Below, one piece after another: positions 7,842 through 16,118 of a stretch of DNA of 30,548 nucleotides; within the stretch, counting starts at the first letter, position 1; each line of letters starts with the position of its first letter. The notes under the pieces were generated by a model that saw only the letters and a list, made by a program, of their open reading frames with translations, was not told the DNA's origin and ran no database searches. The stretch lies in the IMG/VR virus record IMGVR_UViG_3300045988_118519; one strand, written 5' to 3'. A program made the translations under genes and the position numbers. This stretch comes from a virus. Taxonomy: Duplodnaviria > Heunggongvirae > Uroviricota > Caudoviricetes.

Positions 7842-8656
7842 GTATGGAGCTGATGGTTAAAGCGATGAAAATTCGAGTGGGTAATCCATTGCGAAAACTG
7901 GTTCTGATCAAGCTGGCTGATAATGCCAGCGATCAGGGGGAGTGCTGGCCCAGCTACCAGCATATTGCTGACCAGTGCGAGATTAGCAAACGTTCTGTGA
8001 TGAATCATATTGCGGCCCTTTGTGAGTCCGGGCTGGTAAAAAAAGTCACCCGGAAAGGTGAAAAAGGTAACTCAAGTAATATCTATCTCCTTCATCTGGA
8101 TGGTGCAGGAGATTCACTAGGGGGTAGTGCAAATAATTCACTATCTGGTGCAGCAAATTCACCAGGTAGTGCAGGAGTTGCACCAGGGGGTAGTGCAGGA
8201 GATTCACCCAGAACCAGTCACTCTTTTGAACCAGTCAAAGAACCAGTCAATGAACCAATAGCTGTTGGTGCATCAGTTGATGAGTCCGTGCGAGTTCGTT
8301 CAAACCGACCGGAATACTCTCCGGAGTTTGAGCAGGCATGGCTGGTATATCCCAAACGTGCTGGTGGCAATTCAAAATCTGCAGCCTTCAAAGCCTGGAA
8401 AGCCCGTTTGAATGAGGGGGTAAACCCCGAAACCATGCTGGAAGGTGTGAAACGCTACGCGGGCTGGGTATCTGCGATGGGTAACAGCGGCACACAATTT
8501 GTGAAACAGGCTGTTACGTTCTTTGGTCCGGATCGTCATTTCGAAGAATCCTGGGAAGTTCCTGCGGTATCTGCAGCCAGACGCGAGGACCCGTACTTCA
8601 AAGCCAGTTACGACAACGTGGACTACAGCCAGATCCCGGCAGGATTCAGGGGGTGA
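7838..8656 (+). CDS. Phage replication initiator (O-like; N-terminal winged HTH), 272 aa
   Basis: N-term KLADNASDQGECWPSYQHIADQCEISKRSVMNHIAALCESGLV wHTH; internal iteron-like repeats; position after cII/Rha. Confidence 0.6.
   Translation: MSMELMVKAMKIRVGNPLRKLVLIKLADNASDQGECWPSYQHIADQCEISKRSVMNHIAALCESGLVKKVTRKGEKGNSSNIYLLHLDGAGDSLGGSANNSLSGAANSPGSAGVAPGGSAGDSPRTSHSFEPVKEPVNEPIAVGASVDESVRVRSNRPEYSPEFEQAWLVYPKRAGGNSKSAAFKAWKARLNEGVNPETMLEGVKRYAGWVSAMGNSGTQFVKQAVTFFGPDRHFEESWEVPAVSAARREDPYFKASYDNVDYSQIPAGFRG
8102..8260 (+). repeat. Iteron-like direct repeats (candidate replication origin) inside the initiator gene
   Basis: Five copies of about 20 bp with core GTGCAGGAGATTCAC starting near 8102, 8123, 8147, 8166, 8189; then three copies of GAACCAGTCA (8211-8250). 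Confidence 0.6.
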
Positions 8657-8658
8657 TC

Positions 8659-9147
8659 ATGAGTCTTTTGAATGAAGTTCAGAAATTCATTGAAGCCCAT
8701 CCGGGGTGTACTTCCGGAGACATTGCGGATGCTTTTGCAGGTTACTCACGGCAGCGCGTTCTGCAGTCAGCAAGCAAGTTACGTCAGAGTGGGCGTGTGG
8801 CTCACCGTTGTGAAGGAGATACACGCAGACATTTCCCGCGCCTGACTGAGAGAGCGCAGGAACCGGAACCACAACCAGTTCGAGAAACCAGACCTGTGCG
8901 CAATTTCTATGTCGGCACTAACGATCCACGGGTGATTTTGTGCCTGACCCGCCAGGCTGAAGAACTGGAGTCCAGGGGCTTATACCGTCGTGCTGCAACC
9001 GTGTGGATGGCGGCATTCCGTGAAAGCCACTCCCAGCCAGAACGAAACAATTTTCTGGCGCGTCGTGAGCGGTGCTTACGGAAAAGCAGCAAGCGCGCTG
9101 CATCGGGTGAAGAGTGGTATCTGTCAGGGAATTACGTGGGGGCTTAA
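8659..9147 (+). CDS. wHTH protein with ANR/PerC-like C-terminal region, 162 aa
   Basis: C-terminal LTRQAEELESRGLYRRAATVWMAAF resembles the ANR-family motif; family call is tentative. Confidence 0.45.
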   Translation: MSLLNEVQKFIEAHPGCTSGDIADAFAGYSRQRVLQSASKLRQSGRVAHRCEGDTRRHFPRLTERAQEPEPQPVRETRPVRNFYVGTNDPRVILCLTRQAEELESRGLYRRAATVWMAAFRESHSQPERNNFLARRERCLRKSSKRAASGEEWYLSGNYVGA

Positions 9148-9800
9148 TGAGTAATAAATATTGCCAGGCGCTGGTGGAGCTGCGGAACAAACCAGCCCAT
9201 GAACTGAAGGAAGTGGGCGATCAGTGGCGCACGCCGGACAACATTTTCTGGGGAATTAACACCCTGTTTGGCCCGTTTGTTCTGGATCTGTTTACTGACG
9301 GTGATAACGCCAAATGTGCCGCGTATTACACGGCGGAAGATAACGCGCTGGCGCATGACTGGTCAGAACGTCTTGCGGAGCTTAAAGGTGCTGCCTTTGG
9401 TAATCCCCCGTACAGCCGCGCCAGTCAGCATGAGGGGCAATACATCACCGGCATGCGTTACATCATGAAGCATGCCAGTGCCATGCGTGATAAAGGCGGG
9501 CGCTATGTTTTCCTGATCAAAGCTGCCACCAGCGAAGTGTGGTGGCCGGAAGATGCAGACCATATTGCTTTTATTCGCGGGCGTATTGGTTTTGAACTGC
9601 CAGCCTGGTTTATCCCGAAGGACGAGAAGCAGGTGCCGACAGGCGCTTTCTTCGCTGGTGCTATTGCTGTTTTCGACAAGACCTGGAAGGGACCGGCAAT
9701 CAGCTACATCGGGCGTGATGAACTTGAGGCATGTGGTGAGGCGTTTCTGGCGCAGGTTCGCCAGCAGGCGGAAAAACTGGTCAGGGAGATGGCGGCATGA
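9147..9800 (+). CDS. Phage Dam-like N6-adenine DNA methyltransferase, 217 aa
   Basis: Catalytic GNPPY motif; ATG overlaps upstream stop (TAATGA). Confidence 0.8.
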   Translation: MSNKYCQALVELRNKPAHELKEVGDQWRTPDNIFWGINTLFGPFVLDLFTDGDNAKCAAYYTAEDNALAHDWSERLAELKGAAFGNPPYSRASQHEGQYITGMRYIMKHASAMRDKGGRYVFLIKAATSEVWWPEDADHIAFIRGRIGFELPAWFIPKDEKQVPTGAFFAGAIAVFDKTWKGPAISYIGRDELEACGEAFLAQVRQQAEKLVREMAA

Positions 9801-10123
9801 CGACGTTAACTCAATGCCAGCAGCAGGTGCTGGATATGCTGATTTCTTACCAGAAAGAACGTGGCTTCCCGCCAACCAATCAGGAGGTGGCAACCATGCT
9901 GGGATACCGTTCAGTGAATGCAGCGGTGGAACATCTTCGCGCACTGGAGAAAAAAGGCGTCATCACGATAAAGCGTGGCGTGGCCCGGGGTATCACTCTT
10001 CATACCGCGGTGAAGGACGACGACAGCGAGGCGGTCGGGATTATCCGCTCACTGCTTGCCGGTGAGGAAAACGCCAGGCTGCGTGCAACCCACTGGTTAC
10101 ATGAGAGAGGCCTGAAAGTATGA
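9797..10123 (+). CDS. LexA N-terminal DNA-binding domain protein without peptidase domain, 108 aa
   Basis: GFPPTNQEVATMLGYRSVNAAVEHLRALEKKGVI is the classic LexA wHTH; no S24 domain follows. Confidence 0.6.
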   Translation: MTTLTQCQQQVLDMLISYQKERGFPPTNQEVATMLGYRSVNAAVEHLRALEKKGVITIKRGVARGITLHTAVKDDDSEAVGIIRSLLAGEENARLRATHWLHERGLKV

Positions 10124-10509
10124 AGCTGATCCTGCCTTTCCCGCCCAGCGTGAACACGTACTGGCGACACCCCAACAAAGGGGCATTTGCTGGTAAGAGC
10201 CTGATAAGCGCGGCGGGGCGAAAATTTCAGAGCGCGGCGTGCGCAGCAATAGTTGAGCAGTTACGTCGTCTGCCAAAACCAACGTCGGCACCTGCTGCAG
10301 TGGAGATCGTGTTGTTTCCTCCGGATAACCGGATCCGCGATCTGGACAACTATAACAAGGCGCTGTTTGACGCCCTGACCCATGCGGGTGTGTGGGAAGA
10401 CGACAGTCAGGTGAAAAGAATGCTGGTGGAGTGGGGACCGGTTATCCCGGAAGGGAAGGTCGAGATCACTATCAGTAAGTACGAGAAACCGGCGGGTGCA
10501 GCCGCCTGA
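10120..10509 (+). CDS. rusA: RusA Holliday-junction resolvase, 129 aa
   Basis: N-term MKLILPFPPSVNTYW and acidic residues typical of RusA. Confidence 0.85.
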   Translation: MKLILPFPPSVNTYWRHPNKGAFAGKSLISAAGRKFQSAACAAIVEQLRRLPKPTSAPAAVEIVLFPPDNRIRDLDNYNKALFDALTHAGVWEDDSQVKRMLVEWGPVIPEGKVEITISKYEKPAGAAA

Positions 10510-10528
10510 TTAAGAGGAGAAACGAAGT

Positions 10529-11338
10529 ATGAATAATCTGATGGTCATTGATGGTATTGAAGTTCGTCGTGATGCTTATGGGCGTTACAGCCTGAACGAT
10601 CTGCACAGGGCTGCCGGGGGAGAACAAAAAAACCGCCCGAAATACTGGCTCTCCAATAAGCAAACCTGTGAATTGATTGAACAACTTTTCACCGAGGGTG
10701 GAATTCCGCCTCTGGAACAAAATCAACCAGTTAGCGTCATTAATGGCGGAAATAACCAGGGGACGTATGTCTGCAAAGAACTGGTGTATGCCTATGCAAT
10801 GTGGATCAGCCCGTCATTCCATCTGAAGGTGATCCGTACTTTCGACATGGTAACCAGCGCACCGGAAAAATTATCCGGACAGGCTGCTGACAAGATGCAG
10901 GCTGGCGTGATCCTGCTGGACTTTATGCGCCGGGAATTAAATCTGTCTAACTCATCAGTGCTTGGAGCCTGTCAGAAGCTTCAGGAGGCTGTTGGCTTAC
11001 CGAATCTGGCACCGCGCTATGCCATTGATGCTCCTGCTGACGCGCCTGATGGCTCAAGTCGCCCCACGCTGTCGCTGAGTGCACTGCTGAAACAGTATGG
11101 TATCCGCCTGACGGCTAATCAGGCATATCACCAGATGGTGAAGCTGGGGATCGTTGAACAACGCGAACGATACAGCCGTACCGCGATTAACAACATCAAA
11201 AAATTCTGGTCGCTGACGGCGAAAGGCTGCATGTTCGGCAAGAACATCACCAGTCCTGCAAATCCGCGCGAGACGCAGCCGCATTTCTTCGAATCCCGGT
11301 TCCCTGAGCTGTTAAAGCTGCTCGATACCGTTCATTGA
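10529..11338 (+). CDS. KilA-N domain protein, 269 aa
   Basis: N-terminal KilA-N-like region (YSLNDLH, WLSNKQTCELIE, YVCKELVYAYAMWISPSFHLKVI); AAGAGGAG RBS. Confidence 0.7.
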   Translation: MNNLMVIDGIEVRRDAYGRYSLNDLHRAAGGEQKNRPKYWLSNKQTCELIEQLFTEGGIPPLEQNQPVSVINGGNNQGTYVCKELVYAYAMWISPSFHLKVIRTFDMVTSAPEKLSGQAADKMQAGVILLDFMRRELNLSNSSVLGACQKLQEAVGLPNLAPRYAIDAPADAPDGSSRPTLSLSALLKQYGIRLTANQAYHQMVKLGIVEQRERYSRTAINNIKKFWSLTAKGCMFGKNITSPANPRETQPHFFESRFPELLKLLDTVH

Positions 11339-11339
11339 G

Positions 11340-12335
11340 GTGACCGTGAGAGCACTACTGACCCCTGAAATTGCCCCGCGTATGGGGATCGTATTGTTCA
11401 GGCCAGGTTCAGAGCTGATGCCCCTGTTTATGCAGGGGCGTGTCCTGCTGGAGCCTGAGCCGGAACGTTATTCATCTTTCGCCAGTGGTGCCGTTCCGGC
11501 GGCATCACAACCGCTGGCGGATGATCCTGCCGTTCGGGCCGTGTTCCGCAATGAGGCAGTGATCCGTCGTGCTGGTGGAGTGGAATGTCTTGAACGCTGG
11601 TTACTTCGTGAAAAAGGTTGCCAGTGGCCTCATTCCGACTGGCACAGCGAGAACATGACCACAATGCGACACACGCCGGGCGCAATCCGTCTGTGCTGGC
11701 ACTGCGATAACCAGCTGCGCGATCAGTTCACGGAACGGCTGGAATCAATGGCAACGGATAACTGTACCCGCTGGGTGTTGTCTGTTGTGCGTCGGGATCT
11801 CGGTTTTGATGACAGTCACGTTGTGACAATGCCGGAACTGTGCTGGTGGCTGATTCGTAATGACCTGGCGGATGCCTTACCGGAAAGTGCAGCCCGTAAG
11901 GCACTGAGATTACCGAAGCCTGTTGTGCCGTCTGTCACCCGGGAAAGTGACCTTGTGCCTTCGGTTCCTGCCACCAGCATCATCCAGGATAAAGCGAAAA
12001 AGGTGCTGGCGCTGAAAGTGGATCCAGAGTCGCCGGAGTCTTTTATGTTACGCCCAAAACGTCGCCGCTGGGTTAATGAAAAGTACACGCGCTGGGTTAA
12101 GACACAGCCGTGTGCATGTTGTGGAAAGCCTGCTGATGATCCCCACCACCTGATAGGCCATGGTCAGGGTGGAATGGGTACAAAAGCGCATGACCTCTTT
12201 GTGTTGCCTTTGTGCAGAAAGCATCACGACGAGCTGCATGCGGATACCGTGGCATTTGAAGAGAAGTATGGCTCCCAACTGGAGCTGATATTTCGTTTTA
12301 TCGATCGTGCGCTGGCAATTGGCGTGCTGGCCTGA
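11340..12335 (+). CDS. DUF968 protein (YdfU-like), 331 aa
   Basis: C-terminal Cys/His motif [41 protein letters not shown]; start codon uncertain. Confidence 0.55.
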   Translation: MTVRALLTPEIAPRMGIVLFRPGSELMPLFMQGRVLLEPEPERYSSFASGAVPAASQPLADDPAVRAVFRNEAVIRRAGGVECLERWLLREKGCQWPHSDWHSENMTTMRHTPGAIRLCWHCDNQLRDQFTERLESMATDNCTRWVLSVVRRDLGFDDSHVVTMPELCWWLIRNDLADALPESAARKALRLPKPVVPSVTRESDLVPSVPATSIIQDKAKKVLALKVDPESPESFMLRPKRRRWVNEKYTRWVKTQPCACCGKPADDPHHLIGHGQGGMGTKAHDLFVLPLCRKHHDELHADTVAFEEKYGSQLELIFRFIDRALAIGVLA

Positions 12336-12352
12336 TTTTGTGGAGAAAGTTG

Positions 12353-12718
12353 ATGCGTGATATTCAAATGGTTCTTGAACGTTGGGGGGCATGGGTGGCA
12401 AATAATCACGAGGATGTCACCTGGTCGTCTATTGCTGCAGGATTTAAAGGACTAATCCCTTCAAAAGTAAAATCCCGCCCGCAATGTTGTGACGATGACG
12501 CGATGATCATTTGTGGGTGCATGGCTCGCCTGAAAAAGAACAACAGCGATTTGCACGATTTATTAGTGGATTATTATGTAGGTGGTATGACGTTTATGGC
12601 GCTTGCCCGTAAACATGGGCGTTCTGATTGCTGGGTTGGGCGTTTATTGCAAAAGGCTGAAGGTGTAGTTGATGGCATGTTAATGATGTTAGAAATTGAG
12701 CTAGAGATGGATCGTTAG
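12353..12718 (+). CDS. Late-gene antiterminator Q-like protein (phage 82-type family), 121 aa
   Basis: ATG at 12353 with GGAGAAAG RBS; position just before the late region; Cys-rich centre; family from recall. Confidence 0.6.
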   Translation: MRDIQMVLERWGAWVANNHEDVTWSSIAAGFKGLIPSKVKSRPQCCDDDAMIICGCMARLKKNNSDLHDLLVDYYVGGMTFMALARKHGRSDCWVGRLLQKAEGVVDGMLMMLEIELEMDR

Positions 12719-12760
12719 AAGACCTCTTATTGAGGGGGTAATTGAATCAGTTTAATGTGT

Positions 12761-12795
12761 GGGGAGTCGATTTATTCTCCCCATTTTATTTAATT
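12761..12795 (+). terminator. Hairpin GGGGAG-N10-CTCCCC followed by T-rich tract
   Basis: Read directly; T-tract is interrupted. Confidence 0.35.
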
Positions 12796-12802
12796 AGTTT
12801 AC

Positions 12803-13249
12803 TTAAGGTTTTAATTCATCAAGACGTTGTTGGATAGTGTTTTTGCTTGCGTTGTCTGTTATAGCCATTTGTTGTACTTGCCCCATTGCCATTTGAGTTT
12901 CCATCCACATATCGGCCCACACTTTTGTATCGTTATTAACTTGAGCGATAGTAAATCTGACTTTTGATACCGGGGTTGTTGAATAGGCATTTCCGATTAA
13001 CATTTGTCCAAAAACAGCAGAGCCGCCTTCCAGTTCTTTACCACATATAACACTGCTGTTATCCGCGTTGTAAATTATCAACCCTCTACTATTGCAGTAA
13101 TTCACAAGGGCATCTTTGACTTTATCTTTTGTCGTATTTTGATAAACCCCCTCAGGTTTTCCTGATTGAGTTTTCTTTATCAATGGTACGGAAGAAGTAC
13201 AACCTGAAATGATAGTTGCGCTAAGTAATAGTACAGTCATTTTATTCAT
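12803..13249 (-). CDS. Lipoprotein of unknown function, 148 aa (cargo gene)
   Basis: Signal peptide with lipobox MNKMTVLLLSATIISGC; opposite strand to all flanking phage genes; AT-rich. Confidence 0.7.
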   Translation of the reverse strand: MNKMTVLLLSATIISGCTSSVPLIKKTQSGKPEGVYQNTTKDKVKDALVNYCNSRGLIIYNADNSSVICGKELEGGSAVFGQMLIGNAYSTTPVSKVRFTIAQVNNDTKVWADMWMETQMAMGQVQQMAITDNASKNTIQQRLDELKP

Positions 13250-13314
13250 GTTTCTTATCCATTGCTAAGGGTATACCCACACAATTATTTTTATTGGAGA
13301 TGAATAATCAACCG

Positions 13315-13342
13315 TTTACAATCGTAAAAAATCAAATATGCT
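13315..13342 (+). promoter_or_regulatory. Candidate late promoter pR'
   Basis: -35 TTTACA (13315-13320), 16-bp spacer, -10 TATGCT (13337-13342). Confidence 0.4.
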
Positions 13343-13371
13343 GTTAAGAGTGGTTACTTCGCCACACAACT

Positions 13372-13398
13372 TAAACCCGCCGCTGAGCGGTTTTTTTT
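13372..13398 (+). terminator. Candidate tR' terminator (Q target), giving a short 6S-like RNA of about 50 nt
   Basis: Hairpin AAACCCGC-CGCUGAGCGG followed by UUUUUUUU (13391-13398). Confidence 0.5.
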
Positions 13399-13496
13399 GT
13401 ACCTGTAAACTTGGTGCAGTACAGTAAACACGCTGGTGGTCGTGAATACTGACTTTTTATCTTGCTGGCTTTTTAGACAAGAGTTATTGGTATGTC

Positions 13497-13724
13497 ATGT
13501 TAACCAGAAGGGAAAAAGACATGCTAAAACAGCAAGATATGACAGAAACCGCCGCCGCAGTCCTTCATTTCTTACCTGCTGACAAGTGGGTAACGCCACG
13601 CATGATGACGAGAACTACCGGAGTAAGCGAAGCCCGGTGCCAGTTAATACTGACTCAGTTAGTTCTGGCGGGTCTGGCGAAGGATAACGGCGGGTACGGG
13701 AATAAATTCAGACGCTGCCAGTAA
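13497..13724 (+). CDS. Small wHTH-like protein of unknown function, 75 aa (start may be 13521)
   Basis: ORF just downstream of the tR' candidate; wHTH-like stretch WVTPRMMTRTTGVSEARCQLILTQLVLAGLA. Confidence 0.45.
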   Translation: MLTRREKDMLKQQDMTETAAAVLHFLPADKWVTPRMMTRTTGVSEARCQLILTQLVLAGLAKDNGGYGNKFRRCQ

Positions 13725-13874
13725 TGGCGGTTTCCTGCTGTGAAAATGGGCGGCTGGTGGGTGTTGGTAGCACCTGCCAGCCATTCGCTCATGCTTACTG
13801 GTCACAAGCGAACCACGGCCCACTGCTTTAGCGCAAAAGCAGAGTGAGCCTACCAGAGTTACGCTTACTGATCC

Positions 13875-14927
13875 ATGAAAAATACTGTAAAAATAAACAG
13901 TGTTGATTTAATCAACGCTGATTGCCTGCATTTTATTCAGTCCCTGCCTGATGATTCCATTGACCTGATTGTTACCGATCCGCCGTACTTCAAGGTGAAA
14001 CCCAACGGCTGGGACAATCAGTGGAAAGGGGACGAAGATTACCTTAAGTGGCTGGACCACTGTCTGGCCCAGTTCTGGCGGGTGTTAAAACCTGCCGGAA
14101 GCCTTTACCTGTTCTGTGGGCATCGCCTGGCATCTGATATTGAGATCATGATGCGTGAACGTTTCAACGTGCTTAACCATATCATCTGGGCGAAGCCGTC
14201 CGGACGTTGGAATGGGTGTAATAAAGAAAGTCTGCGTGCATATTTTCCTGCCACAGAGCGCGTTCTGTTTGCTGAACATTACCAGGGGCCATATCGCGGC
14301 AAAAGTGACGGCTATGCGGCAAAAGAAAGGGAACTCAAACAGCACATAATGGCACCGCTGATTTCGTATTTCAGGGATGCTCGTGCCGAACTGGGTATAA
14401 CGGCAAAACAAATTGCCGAAGCCACAGGTAAGAAAAATATGGTTTCCCACTGGTTTGGTGCCAGTCAGTGGCAGTTGCCGAATGAGGCTGACTACCGGAA
14501 GTTACAGGCACTGTTTTCCCGTATAGCGGCAGAGAAGTTTCAGGAACAACAACTGGAACAACCACACCACCAGCTGGTGGCATCTTATGATTCACTGAAT
14601 CGCAAATATTCTGAATTGCTGGATGAGTTTAAATCTCTCCGGCGCTATTTCTCCGTATCAGTCTCCGTGCCTTATACCGATGTCTGGATGCATAAACCCG
14701 TTCAGTTCTACCCGGGGAAACATCCGTGTGAGAAACCGGCGGATATGCTCAGGCAAATAATCAATGCCAGTAGTCGACCAGGTGATCTGGTTGCTGATTT
14801 TTTTATGGGATCCGGTTCCACAATAAAAGCAGCAATGGCGCTGGGGCGTCGGGCCTTAGGTGTTGAGCTTGAGTCAGAGCGGTTTAACCAGACAGTGAAA
14901 GAGATAAACGAGCTGGTGGGGAAATAA
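13875..14927 (+). CDS. Beta-class DNA methyltransferase (N6-adenine or N4-cytosine), 350 aa
   Basis: Motif IV TDPPYF near N-terminus and motif [10 protein letters not shown] near C-terminus (beta-class order) with a long central insert. Confidence 0.85.
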
Positions 14928-14933
14928 TCTGGT

Positions 14934-14956
14934 GGCCACGTCAGGTGGCCTTTTTA
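14934..14956 (+). terminator. Rho-independent terminator after the methyltransferase gene
   Basis: GGCCAC-gtcag-GTGGCC hairpin followed by TTTTTATTT. Confidence 0.6.
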
Positions 14957-14994
14957 TTTCCATTACACAGCACCCGCATCTGCGAGGTGGGGTT

Positions 14995-15210
14995 ATGAAA
15001 TCCATGGATAAGTTAACAACGGGTGTCGCCTATGGCACCTCAGCAGGTAGTGCCGGGTACTGGTTTTTACAGTTGCTCGATAAAGTCACGCCCTCACAGT
15101 GGGCGGCAATAGGTGTGCTGGGTAGTCTGGTATTTGGCTTGCTGACGTATCTGACAAACCTTTATTTCAAGATTAAAGAAGACAAGCGTAAGGCTGCACG
15201 GGGAGAGTAA
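14995..15210 (+). CDS. S21-type pinholin with dual-start motif, 71 aa
   Basis: [31 protein letters not shown]...[22 protein letters not shown] closely matches phage 21 S21 as I recall it, including MKSM dual start. Confidence 0.85.
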
Positions 15211-15214
15211 TTCA

Positions 15215-15529
15215 ATGACTCAAAACTATGAAGTGATTGTGAAAGGGATCCGCAATTTTGAGAATAAAGTTACGGTAACTTTAGCGTTACGGGACAAAAA
15301 ACGCTTTGACGGTGAAATTTTTGACCTGGACATCTCGCTGGACCGTGTTGAAGGTGCCGCGCTGGAGTTTTATGAGGCAGCAGCCAGAAGGAGCATCAGA
15401 CAGGTCTTCCTGGATGTTGCTGCCGGGTTATGTGAAGGGGACGAGCTGTTGCCAGAAACGCGCCCCTGTTCAAAGGCGCGGTATACCATAAAAATTAACA
15501 GTTCTGATAACTCGATTACGGGTTGTTAG
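15215..15529 (+). CDS. Hypothetical cytoplasmic protein inserted between holin and endolysin, 104 aa
   Basis: ATG with GGGGAGAG RBS; no TM segment; not recognised. Confidence 0.6.
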   Translation: MTQNYEVIVKGIRNFENKVTVTLALRDKKRFDGEIFDLDISLDRVEGAALEFYEAAARRSIRQVFLDVAAGLCEGDELLPETRPCSKARYTIKINSSDNSITGC

Positions 15530-15584
15530 CTTTTTGCAGTTGGCTTTCCAGTATCTTTCATTGGTAGCATCCTGATAAATATCC

Positions 15585-16118
15585 ATGAGCGCAAAAATCA
15601 AATACGGCCTGTCAGCTGCTGTTCTGGCGCTGATTGCTGCAGGCGCGTCTGCTCCTCAAATACTTGACCAGTTTCTGGATGAAAAAGAGGGTAACCACAC
15701 TACGGCATACCGCGATGGTTCCGGTATATGGACCATCTGTCGTGGTGCCACAATGGTGGATGGTAAGCCCGTCATACCGGGAATGAAGCTGTCGAAGGAA
15801 AAATGCGACCAGGTTAACGCTATTGAACGTGATAAGGCGCTGGCATGGGTGGAGCGCAATATTAAAGTACCTCTGACCGAACCACAGAAAGCGGGTATAG
15901 CGTCATTTTGTCCCTATAACATTGGCCCCGGTAAGTGTTTCCCGTCGACGTTTTATAAGCGGCTGAATGCCGGTGATCGTAAGGGCGCATGCGAGGCGAT
16001 TCGCTGGTGGATAAAAGATGGTGGGCGCGATTGCCGCATACGTTCAAATAACTGCTATGGACAGGTTATTCGTCGTGACCAGGAAAGCGCATTAGCCTGT
16101 TGGGGGATAGATCAGTGA
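15585..16118 (+). CDS. SAR endolysin (GH24 lysozyme with signal-anchor-release N-terminus), 177 aa
   Basis: Ala/Gly-rich weakly hydrophobic N-term [15 protein letters not shown]; catalytic E-D-T in [22 protein letters not shown]. Confidence 0.85.
   Translation: MSAKIKYGLSAAVLALIAAGASAPQILDQFLDEKEGNHTTAYRDGSGIWTICRGATMVDGKPVIPGMKLSKEKCDQVNAIERDKALAWVERNIKVPLTEPQKAGIASFCPYNIGPGKCFPSTFYKRLNAGDRKGACEAIRWWIKDGGRDCRIRSNNCYGQVIRRDQESALACWGIDQ

Noticed and set aside
8102-8260. Direct repeats as a CRISPR array
   Set aside because: Repeats are about 20 bp, imperfect, without unique spacers, and lie in-frame inside a coding gene; they fit origin iterons.
9363-9944. 193-aa minus-strand ORF
   Set aside because: Shadow ORF antisense to the Dam-like methyltransferase and LexA-domain genes; low-complexity, no RBS.
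16100-16114. ATG at 16100 as the Rz start
   Set aside because: Alignment with lambda Rz (MSRVTAII...) favours the GTG at 16115 (VSRVAAII...); the extra five codons would lie inside the endolysin 3' end.
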